Shown in pieces: positions 32,423 to 41,486 of a stretch of 64,000 nt of DNA. Positions within the stretch are counted from its first letter, which is position 1; each line of letters begins with the position of its first letter. The translations under genes and the position numbers were made by a program. The notes under the pieces were generated by a model. The model was not told where the DNA came from, searched no databases, and worked only from the letters and a program-made list of their open reading frames with translations. This stretch comes from Verrucomicrobiota bacterium (GTDB lineage Bacteria > Verrucomicrobiota > Verrucomicrobiia > Opitutales > Seribacteraceae): positions 32,001 to 96,000 of the forward strand of contig JAQBYT010000003.1 in assembly GCA_027622665.1 (NCBI GenBank). The letters are read 5' to 3'.

Positions 32423-33064
32423 ATGTACCTTACCAATTCACAGCGGACCTTGAAACTAGTAGGTCAATTGGCTAGGAATCCATCCCATCTCCTACCTTAC
32501 CTGCGCCATTCGCTAACTAGCCTGAGTCCATTAGATCTAGAACTTCCTTGGTGGTCCCTCAAAGCTATTCGCACTTTGGACAAGCACCTAGGGCCGGATC
32601 AAAAAATCTTCGAATGGGGATCGGGAGGTTCCACCCTCTTCCTTGCAAAGCGTAGTCAAAAAGTCACTACAGTAGAGTAAAACCCGGAATGGCTAGACAG
32701 GGTTAGTGGGGCACTAAGCAAACGGAGTCTCACCAACGCCACTCTACTCTTTCGCGAGTTGAACATGGATAATCGAGAAGCCTTCGAATCTTGTCCCTAT
32801 GCCCAAGCGCTTGAATCCATCCATGAAGTCATTATCGTGGACGGCGAAGACTCCTTCGGTCCCGATTCGAAATGGTCGACAAGGGAGTCCTGCTTTTGCA
32901 TCGCAGAAAAATGGATCAAGAAACCCGGGGGCTTAATCTTGGTGGATGACTCTTGGCGGTACCCTTTGATCCGCAAGGAAAGCCACGCAGAAAAGCGAGT
33001 CGTTCATGAAAGCATCGGACCTTGTCGAAAAGGGGTAACTTCCACCGACTTTCACTACTACTAG
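32423..33064 (+). pseudogene. SAM-dependent methyltransferase-like gene interrupted by one in-frame TAA (32678-32680)
   Basis: IFEWGSGGST ... VTTVE*NPEW ... IIVDG ... GGLILVDDS; ORFs 32423..32680 and 32759..33064 share a frame with an open linker. Confidence 0.75.
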
Positions 33065-33082
33065 CGAAATACCCTCCCTCCT

Positions 33083-33988
33083 TCAGAAAGAAAACTCGGC
33101 TTGGACTAGACGATGATCGGAGGCCGTGCGAGCATTTGGGCCATCTTGCACGATACCGGTATTCGATACGAAACGCTCGGACATGGCTGGCGTCGCCAGA
33201 ATGAAATCGATCCGGGAATAGCTATCCTGCTTGGCGTAGTGATGGGTCCAGCGGTGTCCCCGCGAATCAGCGCAAGGCATCGCAGAAGTGAGCTGGGTTT
33301 TGTTGACTGTAAGGAAACGGCGGACGGCGGGTGTGCTTTGGTGGTCGTTGAAATCCCCCACGACGAGGTGGTTCGGCTTGCTCTCGGGAACATAGGTTTT
33401 CCGAATGTAATCCCTAATCGTACGGGCCTCCTTCTCTCGCCTTAAAGTACCTTCGGGATCGTCCTTGCGCTCGGTCCACTTGCTCTTGAGATGAAGATTG
33501 AACAGCCGCCAGCGAACGCCGGCGGTTTCGAATTCCACTTCCAGAACACCACGGTCGGATCCCTCCTTGGCATCGAAATAGTTGAATTCCAGTTCCGTAT
33601 GCCTCGTAACCGAAACAAACGGCAAACGCGAAAAGACAGCCAAGTGCCGTTCCTCTTCGGGATCGGCCCCATGCATCCACACGGCATGGGGGTACTTGGG
33701 GCCACCCGTGGTATTCAGGTCGTGCCAAAGCTCGCGGAGAAAGGATTCGTCACCTATTTCCTGAATGGCCAGAACATCAGCGTTGGCCTTGGTTATTATT
33801 TGCCGAAGGGCCGTCTTTTCCTTCTCGGGCTTAGGATATTCGGGACGCCATCTGCCTTCAACAATGCGGTCGCACACGAGATAGTTGCGTAAATTGTAGC
33901 TGGCTACTCGAACCTTCTCGCCCGCAATTACCTCGCCCCAGAGAGCAAGACCGGCAAGCAAGGGAAAGGAAAGAAAAAAAACTCTCAC
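33083..33988 (-). CDS. Secreted endonuclease/exonuclease/phosphatase (EEP) family protein
   Basis: Signal peptide; ASYNL, DVLAIQE, HLKSK, GDFND, RIDFI, SDH. Confidence 0.9.
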   Translation of the reverse strand: MRVFFLSFPLLAGLALWGEVIAGEKVRVASYNLRNYLVCDRIVEGRWRPEYPKPEKEKTALRQIITKANADVLAIQEIGDESFLRELWHDLNTTGGPKYPHAVWMHGADPEEERHLAVFSRLPFVSVTRHTELEFNYFDAKEGSDRGVLEVEFETAGVRWRLFNLHLKSKWTERKDDPEGTLRREKEARTIRDYIRKTYVPESKPNHLVVGDFNDHQSTPAVRRFLTVNKTQLTSAMPCADSRGHRWTHHYAKQDSYSRIDFILATPAMSERFVSNTGIVQDGPNARTASDHRLVQAEFSF

Positions 33989-35787
33989 TTCCCTCGAGTT
34001 ACGAATATGTTGAGACGCCTGTTCTTCGGGACCACGTCCCGGTATTTATCATCTTCAGAAGTGTAGCCTATGTGAACGCTCTGAAAGGGAAAAACTCCCG
34101 AGTATCCCTTGCCCCACGCCAAGCGCATTCCCTTCGTATTAGTGGGAGTCACCTTTATCTTGTGAGACCCAAACGGCTTGCCCATGAGCTCGGCCGACTT
34201 GATAGGGTTCCAGTCGTTGCCCTTAAACCTTCGCATTAAGTCATCCCACTTTTCGGTAAAGGGGAGCTTGGCCCGTTTTTCCTCAATTGGGTCGATGTAT
34301 AGGGCGCCGTCGCCGATGATGGGCATGATCTGCTCCATGCTCATGTTGATGGCTTCCGGGGCGACGTCCGGGGTACGAACTCCAATGCTCATTCGAGTTG
34401 GCCACTCCTCCCCTGCGGGGTCCTTCAGTTTCCCCCAGAAACCAAGGCCCCTATGATTTATCTCCATCTCGTACTCAAAGGTACCGTTGTTATCGAAAGT
34501 GCCGCTTAGGGTCGTAATTTCACGATCCATGGAAGGCTCGGGCGACACGTCGTAAGCAACAATCTTACGATGGCGATGGCGAACCCTCTCGGGATCGGAA
34601 CGATCATAGTAATGAGAACTGAAATGAATGGCGATCGGTCGTTCGTTTGCACGTTTGCCATCAGTAGCGTTGCGGGAACTTCCCGGAGATTTCAGCCAAA
34701 GGTGCACGACGTTTCCGTTCTGGTGCAGGGCCACGTCGTATAGCACACTCTGAAAAATAGAATTGTAACCTCGAAAACGCCCACTGCCATAAGCAGCCAT
34801 TCGACCACCCTTGGCGGGAATGATCTTAGGATTCTTCGGCATAATCTCTTCTTTCTTCCGACGTAGGGCCTCGGCCAAGGCTTGGGAAGTGGGGTTGAAC
34901 TTGGTCCACGGCAACTCGAACGTCCGGGTAGGATTGTCACTCAAGAAAATGGTCACGTACTCGTCGTTCGCATCCACGAAGGTAGCCTTGATTGCCTGGT
35001 TTTCCGAGCTATTCCAATCGTGTTCCCGGTCCAGATCCGCCTCGGTCACCTTCGGGAGTTTCATTTTCGAGCGGGTCTTGGCGAGGGCGGCCAGCTTCTT
35101 GGCCTCGGAGACAGCCAATGTCTTCAGCTTCTTGGCCAAGGCCTGCGAGTCCACGGAAAGCCTGCTTAGGGGAATCGTCACCTCACGACGACCGCCTAAA
35201 GTGGAAAGGGTGAGATTGGCGTCGTTCACCTCAACGAACCGCCCCTTCAGCGGGTTGCCGTCCGAACTCGTCCACACCTGTTCGGCGGAAAGGTCTAACT
35301 CGCCCTCAGGATCGGTCGCCTCCAGTCCCAGAGAAGTCGAGCCCGCCGGCGGTTTCGGCCGAGCGGCGGCTCGCAGCTTGGCCGCAAGTTTTTGGGATTG
35401 AGGTTGAAGCGTGTTCAGAGGCAGCGTGAATACTTGCCCGTTCCAGTTGATGGTAACGCTGGTGGCGTCGGCCTTGAGAAAACGGGCCTGCAGGGTACGC
35501 CCCTTCAGGTCGGTCCACGGATGGATACCGGTTACGGCGGGACCGGAAGGCTTCGATCTGGCGCCCAGTTTGGAGGCGAGCGCCTGCGATTCCGGGTTCA
35601 GGGTATTCAGAGGCAGGGCAAACACCTGGCCATTCCAATCGATGGTTACGCTGGCGGCGTCGGCCTTGAGGAACTTGGCCTGCAGGGTACGGCCCTTCAA
35701 GTCGGTCCATGGGTGCAAGGCTCCCGCGTCCTGTCCGACCGCGTTCAGGGCGAGGAATAGGAAAAGTAAGGATATTGTTTTCATCAT
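33985..35787 (-). CDS. Secreted protein with four SHD1-like domains and an unknown C-terminal domain
   Basis: Signal peptide; four W[T/N]xxxGxx[L/I]xAxF...L...SQ repeats; overlaps both neighbours by 4 bp. Confidence 0.8.
   Translation of the reverse strand: MMKTISLLFLFLALNAVGQDAGALHPWTDLKGRTLQAKFLKADAASVTIDWNGQVFALPLNTLNPESQALASKLGARSKPSGPAVTGIHPWTDLKGRTLQARFLKADATSVTINWNGQVFTLPLNTLQPQSQKLAAKLRAAARPKPPAGSTSLGLEATDPEGELDLSAEQVWTSSDGNPLKGRFVEVNDANLTLSTLGGRREVTIPLSRLSVDSQALAKKLKTLAVSEAKKLAALAKTRSKMKLPKVTEADLDREHDWNSSENQAIKATFVDANDEYVTIFLSDNPTRTFELPWTKFNPTSQALAEALRRKKEEIMPKNPKIIPAKGGRMAAYGSGRFRGYNSIFQSVLYDVALHQNGNVVHLWLKSPGSSRNATDGKRANERPIAIHFSSHYYDRSDPERVRHRHRKIVAYDVSPEPSMDREITTLSGTFDNNGTFEYEMEINHRGLGFWGKLKDPAGEEWPTRMSIGVRTPDVAPEAINMSMEQIMPIIGDGALYIDPIEEKRAKLPFTEKWDDLMRRFKGNDWNPIKSAELMGKPFGSHKIKVTPTNTKGMRLAWGKGYSGVFPFQSVHIGYTSEDDKYRDVVPKNRRLNIFVTRGK
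35374..35715 (-). repeat. Intragenic duplication of a 50-codon SHD1 unit (35566-35715 and 35374-35523)
   Basis: 42/50 identical residues by manual alignment. Confidence 0.9.
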
Positions 35788-37253
35788 GGTGAAGATTGAC
35801 ATTCTTCCGGTTCATTCTCCCATGGCAAGGTTACGTTTACGGGAACGTGCTCCCAAGGTCGGAAGGGCTCGAAGATTTTTCCGGGGTTCAGGATGCCGTT
35901 CGGGTCGAGCGTTTTCTTGATCGCCTGCATGGTTTTCCACTCGGCGTCGTTGAACATGAGTCGCACGAATTCGGTCTTGGCCAACCCAATCCCGTGCTCG
36001 CCGCTTATGGCGCCGCCCAGTTCCACCACCTTGCGCATGAGCTCGCCCAAGGCGATGCGGGCTCGCTCCGCCTCGTCGGCATCCTCCCGGTCGTACATGA
36101 AGTTCACATGCAGGTTCCCGTCCCCGCAATGGCCGAAGGTGCCGATGCGCAAGTCGTGCTCCTCACGCAGGCCGTTCACGAAGGCGACGAGCTCAGCCTG
36201 TCGCTTCAGGGGCACCACCACATCCTCGTTCAGCTTGGTGTTGGCCAGCTTCTTCATTGCCTGCGAACCCTTTCGGCGCACCTCCCACAATTCCTCGGCC
36301 TCCTCCCCGTTCGCGGCCGCCTTGTGTGAAACCGCCGCCTCGGAAAACCATTGGAGGAGCTTGGCCGCATCCTCTTCCACTTGGGCGGGATGGCCATCCA
36401 GCTCCACCAGCAGCACGGGCAGTCCCGAAGTTCCCTCCAGCACGGTTTTGCCCGTGTAGCTCTCCACCCCGGAGACCGTCCATTGGTCCAGAAACTCCAG
36501 AATCGACGGCCGAATTCCCAGCCTACCCAAGGCGAAAGGCCCCTGCAGGGCTTCCTCCTCCGAAGCGAAAGCCGCCAAAAAGGTACGGGAAACAGCCGGT
36601 TTCGGAACCAGTCTCAGGGTGACCTCGGTGATCACTCCCAGCGTACCCTCGCTCCCGATCCACAGATCACGCAAATTGTAGCCCGTGGCGAACTTGCGGG
36701 TCGCCCTGCCCCACTTTACCTTCTCTCCCGTGGGCAGGAAACCGCCGAGGGCCAGCACGTAGTCGCGGGTCACCCCGTACTTTACGCACCGCAGCCCGCC
36801 CGCATTGCAGGCAACGTTGCCCCCGATCGTGCAAAACTTCTTCGACGAGGGATCGGGCGGATAAAACAGCCCCACCTCCTCCGTCGCCTTTTGGATATCC
36901 GCCACCACCGCTCCCGGTTGGGCCACGCACACGCGCTCGTCCTCGTCTATGGAAAAATCGTTCATCGCCGAGAGGTCCAGCACCCAACCACCATGGATGG
37001 GGGCCGCACTCCCCGTGAGGGACGAACCCACGCCGCGCGTGGTAACAGGAATCGCAAACTCGTTCGCCAACCGAAGCAGCTCGCCCACCTGGGGATCCTC
37101 GGTAGGTTTCACCAAGGCCTCCGGAGTAAAGCTCACCTTCATCGCATCGTAGGAAACCCGACGGAGATCCTCCACCTCGGTGGAGGTCACCTCACCTAGG
37201 CTCCCCAGCAAAGCGGCCAAGCCCATGTCTGCGTTCTCATTCTCTTTCGTCAT
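35784..37253 (-). CDS. FAD-linked oxidase, GlcD/D-lactate dehydrogenase-like
   Basis: YPPDPSS, TIGGNVACNAGG, VKYGVTRDY, GSEGTLG, GHCGDGNLH, SGEHGIG, LNPGK. Confidence 0.9.
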   Translation of the reverse strand: MTKENENADMGLAALLGSLGEVTSTEVEDLRRVSYDAMKVSFTPEALVKPTEDPQVGELLRLANEFAIPVTTRGVGSSLTGSAAPIHGGWVLDLSAMNDFSIDEDERVCVAQPGAVVADIQKATEEVGLFYPPDPSSKKFCTIGGNVACNAGGLRCVKYGVTRDYVLALGGFLPTGEKVKWGRATRKFATGYNLRDLWIGSEGTLGVITEVTLRLVPKPAVSRTFLAAFASEEEALQGPFALGRLGIRPSILEFLDQWTVSGVESYTGKTVLEGTSGLPVLLVELDGHPAQVEEDAAKLLQWFSEAAVSHKAAANGEEAEELWEVRRKGSQAMKKLANTKLNEDVVVPLKRQAELVAFVNGLREEHDLRIGTFGHCGDGNLHVNFMYDREDADEAERARIALGELMRKVVELGGAISGEHGIGLAKTEFVRLMFNDAEWKTMQAIKKTLDPNGILNPGKIFEPFRPWEHVPVNVTLPWENEPEECQSSP

Positions 37254-37388
37254 CTCTTATTCTTGTAGCCACGACGATCGGCAGTAGGCAAAGCAAAAGC
37301 TTTCAGCCGCTCTTGCCATCAGAAGGAACAACCCTCCCCTAACGATGTCCTTGCGAGCCGCAACATAGCGCGGTCATCCCACACACTT

Positions 37389-37519
37389 TTGTCATTGCGA
37401 GCCCGTCAGGGCGTGGCAATCCAGTCCGGATCGTTATACGGGATGCCCGGGCGATGCGGGATGCCCTACGCGGCCGCTGGATTGCCGCGTCGGGGCTCTG
37501 CCCCTCCTCGCAATGACAA
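37389..37519. repeat. Palindromic REP/RPE-like element (GTCATTGCGAG type)
   Basis: 13-bp terminal inverted repeats TTGTCATTGCGAG / CTCGCAATGACAA and inner inverted pair GGCAATCCAG / CTGGATTGCC; degenerate half copy GTCCTTGCGAGCC at 37347-37359. Confidence 0.85.
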
Positions 37520-37616
37520 CACAAAAAAAACTGGCTCCGATTGAAGTAATCGTCTCCCGGGCAGTCGCTCGTTTCAATCCTTGAACAAACCACAAATTCC
37601 TTTTTATAACCCGCGG

Positions 37617-37645
37617 TTGACATCATGCGCGTAATTGCGTACGCT
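37617..37645 (+). promoter_or_regulatory. Sigma70 promoter of the TA operon
   Basis: TTGACA-17 nt-TACGCT; palindrome GCGTACGC (37637-37644) overlaps the -10. Confidence 0.75.
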
Positions 37646-37652
37646 TTGAATC

Positions 37653-37895
37653 ATGACAACGATCACTGCCACTCAGGCTCGGCAAAAACTTTATTCCTTG
37701 ATCGACGAGACTAACGATTCCCATCAACCCATCCAGATTACTGGGAAGCGGGCCAATGCCGTCTTGCTTTCGGAGAGTGATTGGCGAGCGATACAGGAAA
37801 CTCTTCATTTGCAATCGGTTCCCAGATTAGTCGATTCCATACAGGAGGCGAGACAGGAAGGAATCGAGCAAGCGAGTGAAGAACTCGACTGGTGA
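37653..37895 (+). CDS. yefM: Phd/YefM family antitoxin
   Basis: ITATQARQKLYSLID, AVLLSESDWRAIQETLHL; GTGA overlap with the toxin. Confidence 0.92.
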   Translation: MTTITATQARQKLYSLIDETNDSHQPIQITGKRANAVLLSESDWRAIQETLHLQSVPRLVDSIQEARQEGIEQASEELDW

Positions 37896-38158
37896 GCGAA
37901 TATCGGGTGGTTTTTTCTCGCCATGCCCGGCGGGATGCCAAGAAGCTGGCCCACAGTCACCTCAAGGAATCGGCTGAAAAGTTGATCGAGATACTACGGG
38001 TTGCCCCCCTTCAATCTCCTCCGCCTCACGAAGCGTTGAAGGGCGATCTGGAAGGCTGCCATTCACGCCGAATCAACATTCAACATCGCTTGGTCTACGA
38101 AGTTTTTGAGGATAAAAAAACCGTGCTCGTGCTTCGCATGTGGACGCACTACGAATAA
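37892..38158 (+). CDS. yoeB: Txe/YoeB family mRNA interferase toxin
   Basis: EALKGDLEGCHSRRINIQHRLVY ... MWTHYE. Confidence 0.93.
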   Translation: MSEYRVVFSRHARRDAKKLAHSHLKESAEKLIEILRVAPLQSPPPHEALKGDLEGCHSRRINIQHRLVYEVFEDKKTVLVLRMWTHYE

Positions 38159-38264
38159 TTCTTGAACAGAACTGCGGGTATGAGGGGATCGGGGAGCTCG
38201 CCCCGGTGGATTGTACCAAGCCATGGCTTGCAGGAAACTTAGGCAAGCGCTAGAAGGCGTGCGA

Positions 38265-39776
38265 ATGAAATCTCGACTGAAGGAGGGAAGGACTTGGATC
38301 GCCTTGGCATTGGCGGGGGCGGTCTGCTGGTTCGTCTACCCGGTGATGCGAGTGGGGGTGTTTCTGGCAATGGATCCTGCGAGAGACGATGCGGGAATTC
38401 TCCTGACGGAAGAACGAGCGGATGATGCATCGGGCTTGAACGCCATTTCGCACAAGGGGATCGTACGGCTTAGCTCCGATCTTGCCGAAACGGAGAAACT
38501 GCTCCGGGAGACCTTGGAGCGAGCTAGGGCCGAAAAGCTATCCGTGGTTCCGTTCGGAGCTCGGCACTCGATGGGCAAGCAGGCCCTGAGAGAAGGTGCC
38601 CTGCACATCGACACCTCGGGCTTCGACCATTTGGAAATGGATGGAGAACTGCTGCGAGCCCAGGCTGGCGCAAGGTGGTGGAAAGTAATAAGATTTCTGG
38701 CCGAGCGCGGGCTTACGGTGGAGGTGATGCAGAGCAACAACGACTTCTCGATCGGGGGCACCTTGAGCGTGAACGCCCACGGCTGGCAACCGGATCGGCC
38801 ACCCGTCGCCTCCACGGTGGAAAAGTTTCGGCTCATGCTGCCGGACGGAAGCATTCGAGTTTGCTCGCGGACGGAGGAGGCAAACCTTTTTCGGCACGCC
38901 TTGGGTGGGTATGGCTTGTTCGGGATTATTCTGGACACATGGATACGGCCGGTGCCGAACGAGATGCTGCGATCGAAACACGTGGTTATGAGCGCGGATC
39001 AATTCGCGGAAGGATGGAAGGCGGAAGCCGTAGAAACCGAGGCTCGCCTGGCCTACGGCCGGCTATCGGTGGCGCCTTCGACGTTTTTTCAGGAAGTAAT
39101 GCTCACCGTCTACGAGTCGACGGGAGAAATTCAACCGACTTGGAAACCGCAGGAACGAGACGACTGGATGACAAAGGTGGCCCGAGCCACCTTTCGGGCC
39201 TCCCTCGGAAGCCAAAGGGGCAAGGGATTTCGGTGGTTCCTCGAAAAAAACATCGGAGGCGAAGCAAGTGGTTCTCACCCGAGGTCGTATCTTTTGAATG
39301 AGCCTGCCTGGGTATTTGCCAACTCGGATCCCGAAAAGACGGATCTGTTACTCGAGTTTTTCGTGCCTCAGATACGATTTGCGGAGTTTGCGAGAGCGGC
39401 CCGAAAAATACTGGAGGGTCAAGCGGACGACTTAATGAACGTGACCATCCGGCAAGTGAAGAAGGACACCGACACCGCCCTGCCCTATGCAAAGGAGGAC
39501 ATGTTCGGCTTCGTCATGCTGTTCACGGTGGAACGTTCCGCGAAGGGAGCCGCCAGCCTGGAGGACCGAGCAAGACGGTTGACCGATGAAGCCTTGAAGC
39601 TAGGGGGGAGTATCTACCTGCCCTATCGCAACTATGCCACGCCGGGACAACTGATGCGGGCCTATCCGGAATTCCCCGCCTTCGTTAAGGAAAAACAAGC
39701 GATTGACCCGACCTATCTTTTCACCAATGGCTTTTTCGACTATTATGCCCAAGCAATCGACTTCCCCGCTGAATAA
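38265..39776 (+). CDS. FAD-binding oxidoreductase (DprE1/aldonolactone oxidase-like), membrane anchored
   Basis: N-terminal TM segment, GARHSMG, SIGGTLSVNAHG, GGYGLFG, GGSIYLPY, KQAIDP. Confidence 0.82.
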   Translation: MKSRLKEGRTWIALALAGAVCWFVYPVMRVGVFLAMDPARDDAGILLTEERADDASGLNAISHKGIVRLSSDLAETEKLLRETLERARAEKLSVVPFGARHSMGKQALREGALHIDTSGFDHLEMDGELLRAQAGARWWKVIRFLAERGLTVEVMQSNNDFSIGGTLSVNAHGWQPDRPPVASTVEKFRLMLPDGSIRVCSRTEEANLFRHALGGYGLFGIILDTWIRPVPNEMLRSKHVVMSADQFAEGWKAEAVETEARLAYGRLSVAPSTFFQEVMLTVYESTGEIQPTWKPQERDDWMTKVARATFRASLGSQRGKGFRWFLEKNIGGEASGSHPRSYLLNEPAWVFANSDPEKTDLLLEFFVPQIRFAEFARAARKILEGQADDLMNVTIRQVKKDTDTALPYAKEDMFGFVMLFTVERSAKGAASLEDRARRLTDEALKLGGSIYLPYRNYATPGQLMRAYPEFPAFVKEKQAIDPTYLFTNGFFDYYAQAIDFPAE

Positions 39777-39788
39777 CATTACTTTCCC

Positions 39789-40751
39789 ATGAAAAAGATT
39801 ATGCCCAAACTCATTCTCACCCTACTATTCGCAAGCCTTTCGGTTTCCTCGAACGCCGCCGAGACGGTAAAGGTATTCCTGCTTGCGGGACAGTCCAACA
39901 TGGAGGGCCAAGGCGTAGTCGACATGGACCACCCGGAATACTACAACGGCGGGAAGGGAACCCTTCTCCGGGTCATGAAGCAATCGAGCGACCCGAAGCG
40001 CTACGCCCACCTGAAGGACAAGAAGGGAGACTGGGTGGCGCGTGACGACTCCTTCATCCGCTTTCGCAACAAGCAAGGCGTGATGGCGGGAGGCGTAAGC
40101 ATAGGGTTCACGGGATACGGGAACGACAAGAGCCGACACCACATCGGGCCCGAACTGCAGATCGGACACGTATTGGGCGACCACTTCAAGGAACCGGTGC
40201 TGTTGATCAAGACGGCATGGGGAGGCAAGAGCCTGTACAAGGATTTTCGCCCGCCCTCCGCGGGAGGCGAAACGGGCCCCTACTACAAGCAAATGCTGGA
40301 CGAGGTGGAAGAGGCCTTGGCGGGGATTGGAAAGGAGTTTCCCGAACTGAATGGGGGCAAGCCCGAATGGGCGGGCTTCGTATGGTTTCAAGGCTGGAAC
40401 GACATGTTCGACAAGGATGCGCTGGCCGAGTACGAGCAGAACCTCGTTCACCTGATCCAAGACCTGCGAAAGGAATTCAAGAGCCCGGACTTACCGGTGA
40501 TCGTGGGTGAACTGGGCAACGGCGGCCCCAAGGCGGGAGGCAACATGCTGGCTATTCGGGCAGCCCAGAAGGGTGCAACCGAGCGGAAGGAATTCAAGGG
40601 AAAGGTAAAGTTCGTAAGCACCACTGAATTCGCCCGACCCAAGGAGGATTCGCCGAACGTCGGGCACGGGCACCACTGGTTCGGAAACGCGGAGAGCTAC
40701 TTCCTGATCGGCGATGCCCTAGGCAAGGGCATGGTGGAATTGCTGGACTGA
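39789..40751 (+). CDS. Sialate O-acetylesterase (SASA) family carbohydrate esterase
   Basis: Signal peptide; LAGQSNM, IKTAWGG, WFQG, HHWFGNA. Confidence 0.88.
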   Translation: MKKIMPKLILTLLFASLSVSSNAAETVKVFLLAGQSNMEGQGVVDMDHPEYYNGGKGTLLRVMKQSSDPKRYAHLKDKKGDWVARDDSFIRFRNKQGVMAGGVSIGFTGYGNDKSRHHIGPELQIGHVLGDHFKEPVLLIKTAWGGKSLYKDFRPPSAGGETGPYYKQMLDEVEEALAGIGKEFPELNGGKPEWAGFVWFQGWNDMFDKDALAEYEQNLVHLIQDLRKEFKSPDLPVIVGELGNGGPKAGGNMLAIRAAQKGATERKEFKGKVKFVSTTEFARPKEDSPNVGHGHHWFGNAESYFLIGDALGKGMVELLD

Positions 40752-40768
40752 CCAAGGTTCCCTGCGAC

Positions 40769-41446
40769 TCAGGGCTGTTCGGCCATGCCGTTGTCGAAAA
40801 CCTTTTGCAACTGAGGCGCTTTGGAGAGGTCGATCGGGGTAATCATCTCGCGATCCAGAGGAGGGTCTCCGCCTTCGTACTTGCGAATGGTCGCGACGTA
40901 GGGACGCCAATTCAAGTCACCCAGCTTGGCGAGCTTGCCCAGCGGCTTTCCCGTGGCGTCCCGATAGGCCTTGTAGACGAGTTCGGAGCAGTAAATGAAC
41001 TTGTCGTCCATACGGTAGCGCAAGTCGTAGGGGCGACCGGCGTACTTGGCCAGGGCCGACTTGAACTTGGGAAGTTCGGAGGCGTGTTCTTCCTTGAGAC
41101 GAAAGGCGGAAAACTTCTTGCCGCGTCCGCGGGAGACCCAGTTTTTTAGAGGGATCGCTCCAACCAGACCGATCGACTCGAAGACCTCCCAGCTTCCGTC
41201 CTTCCCCTTCAATACCACCCCGCAGTGGGAGTAGTTGGAACGGGTGACCCCTTCGATGGCCTCGACCAGATCGACGCCTCGTGGCAAGGCTTGAAAGAGA
41301 ACGTCGCCGGCCCGCGGGTGGTAAACATCGGAAACCTTCTTGGATGCCTTACCCGTTGGGGAAGCGAGGGAAGATCCGACCAACGGAGAGAGGCAGAAGG
41401 AGAGAACCGCAACTGCGACGATAAAACGATGGAAGGGGAAACTCAC
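40769..41446 (-). CDS. YiiX/YebB-like permuted papain-like amidase
   Basis: GDVLFQ, YSHCG, GRPYD, YCSELV, MITP. Confidence 0.88.
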   Translation of the reverse strand: MSFPFHRFIVAVAVLSFCLSPLVGSSLASPTGKASKKVSDVYHPRAGDVLFQALPRGVDLVEAIEGVTRSNYSHCGVVLKGKDGSWEVFESIGLVGAIPLKNWVSRGRGKKFSAFRLKEEHASELPKFKSALAKYAGRPYDLRYRMDDKFIYCSELVYKAYRDATGKPLGKLAKLGDLNWRPYVATIRKYEGGDPPLDREMITPIDLSKAPQLQKVFDNGMAEQP

Positions 41447-41486
41447 TCAGTTCACTCCCGGAAGGTTGCAGAAGATCGAAGAAAAC

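Noticed and set aside
32678..32680. Stop-codon recoding (Sec/Pyl or alternative code)
   Set aside because: The codon is TAA, which terminates many genes in this window.
37339..37626. 95-aa minus-strand ORF
   Set aside because: It is the translation of the palindromic element and TA promoter, not a credible gene.
37347..38158. Integron cassette or CRISPR interpretation of the repeat plus TA
   Set aside because: No integrase, no recognisable attC boxes, no cas genes, no regularly spaced repeats.
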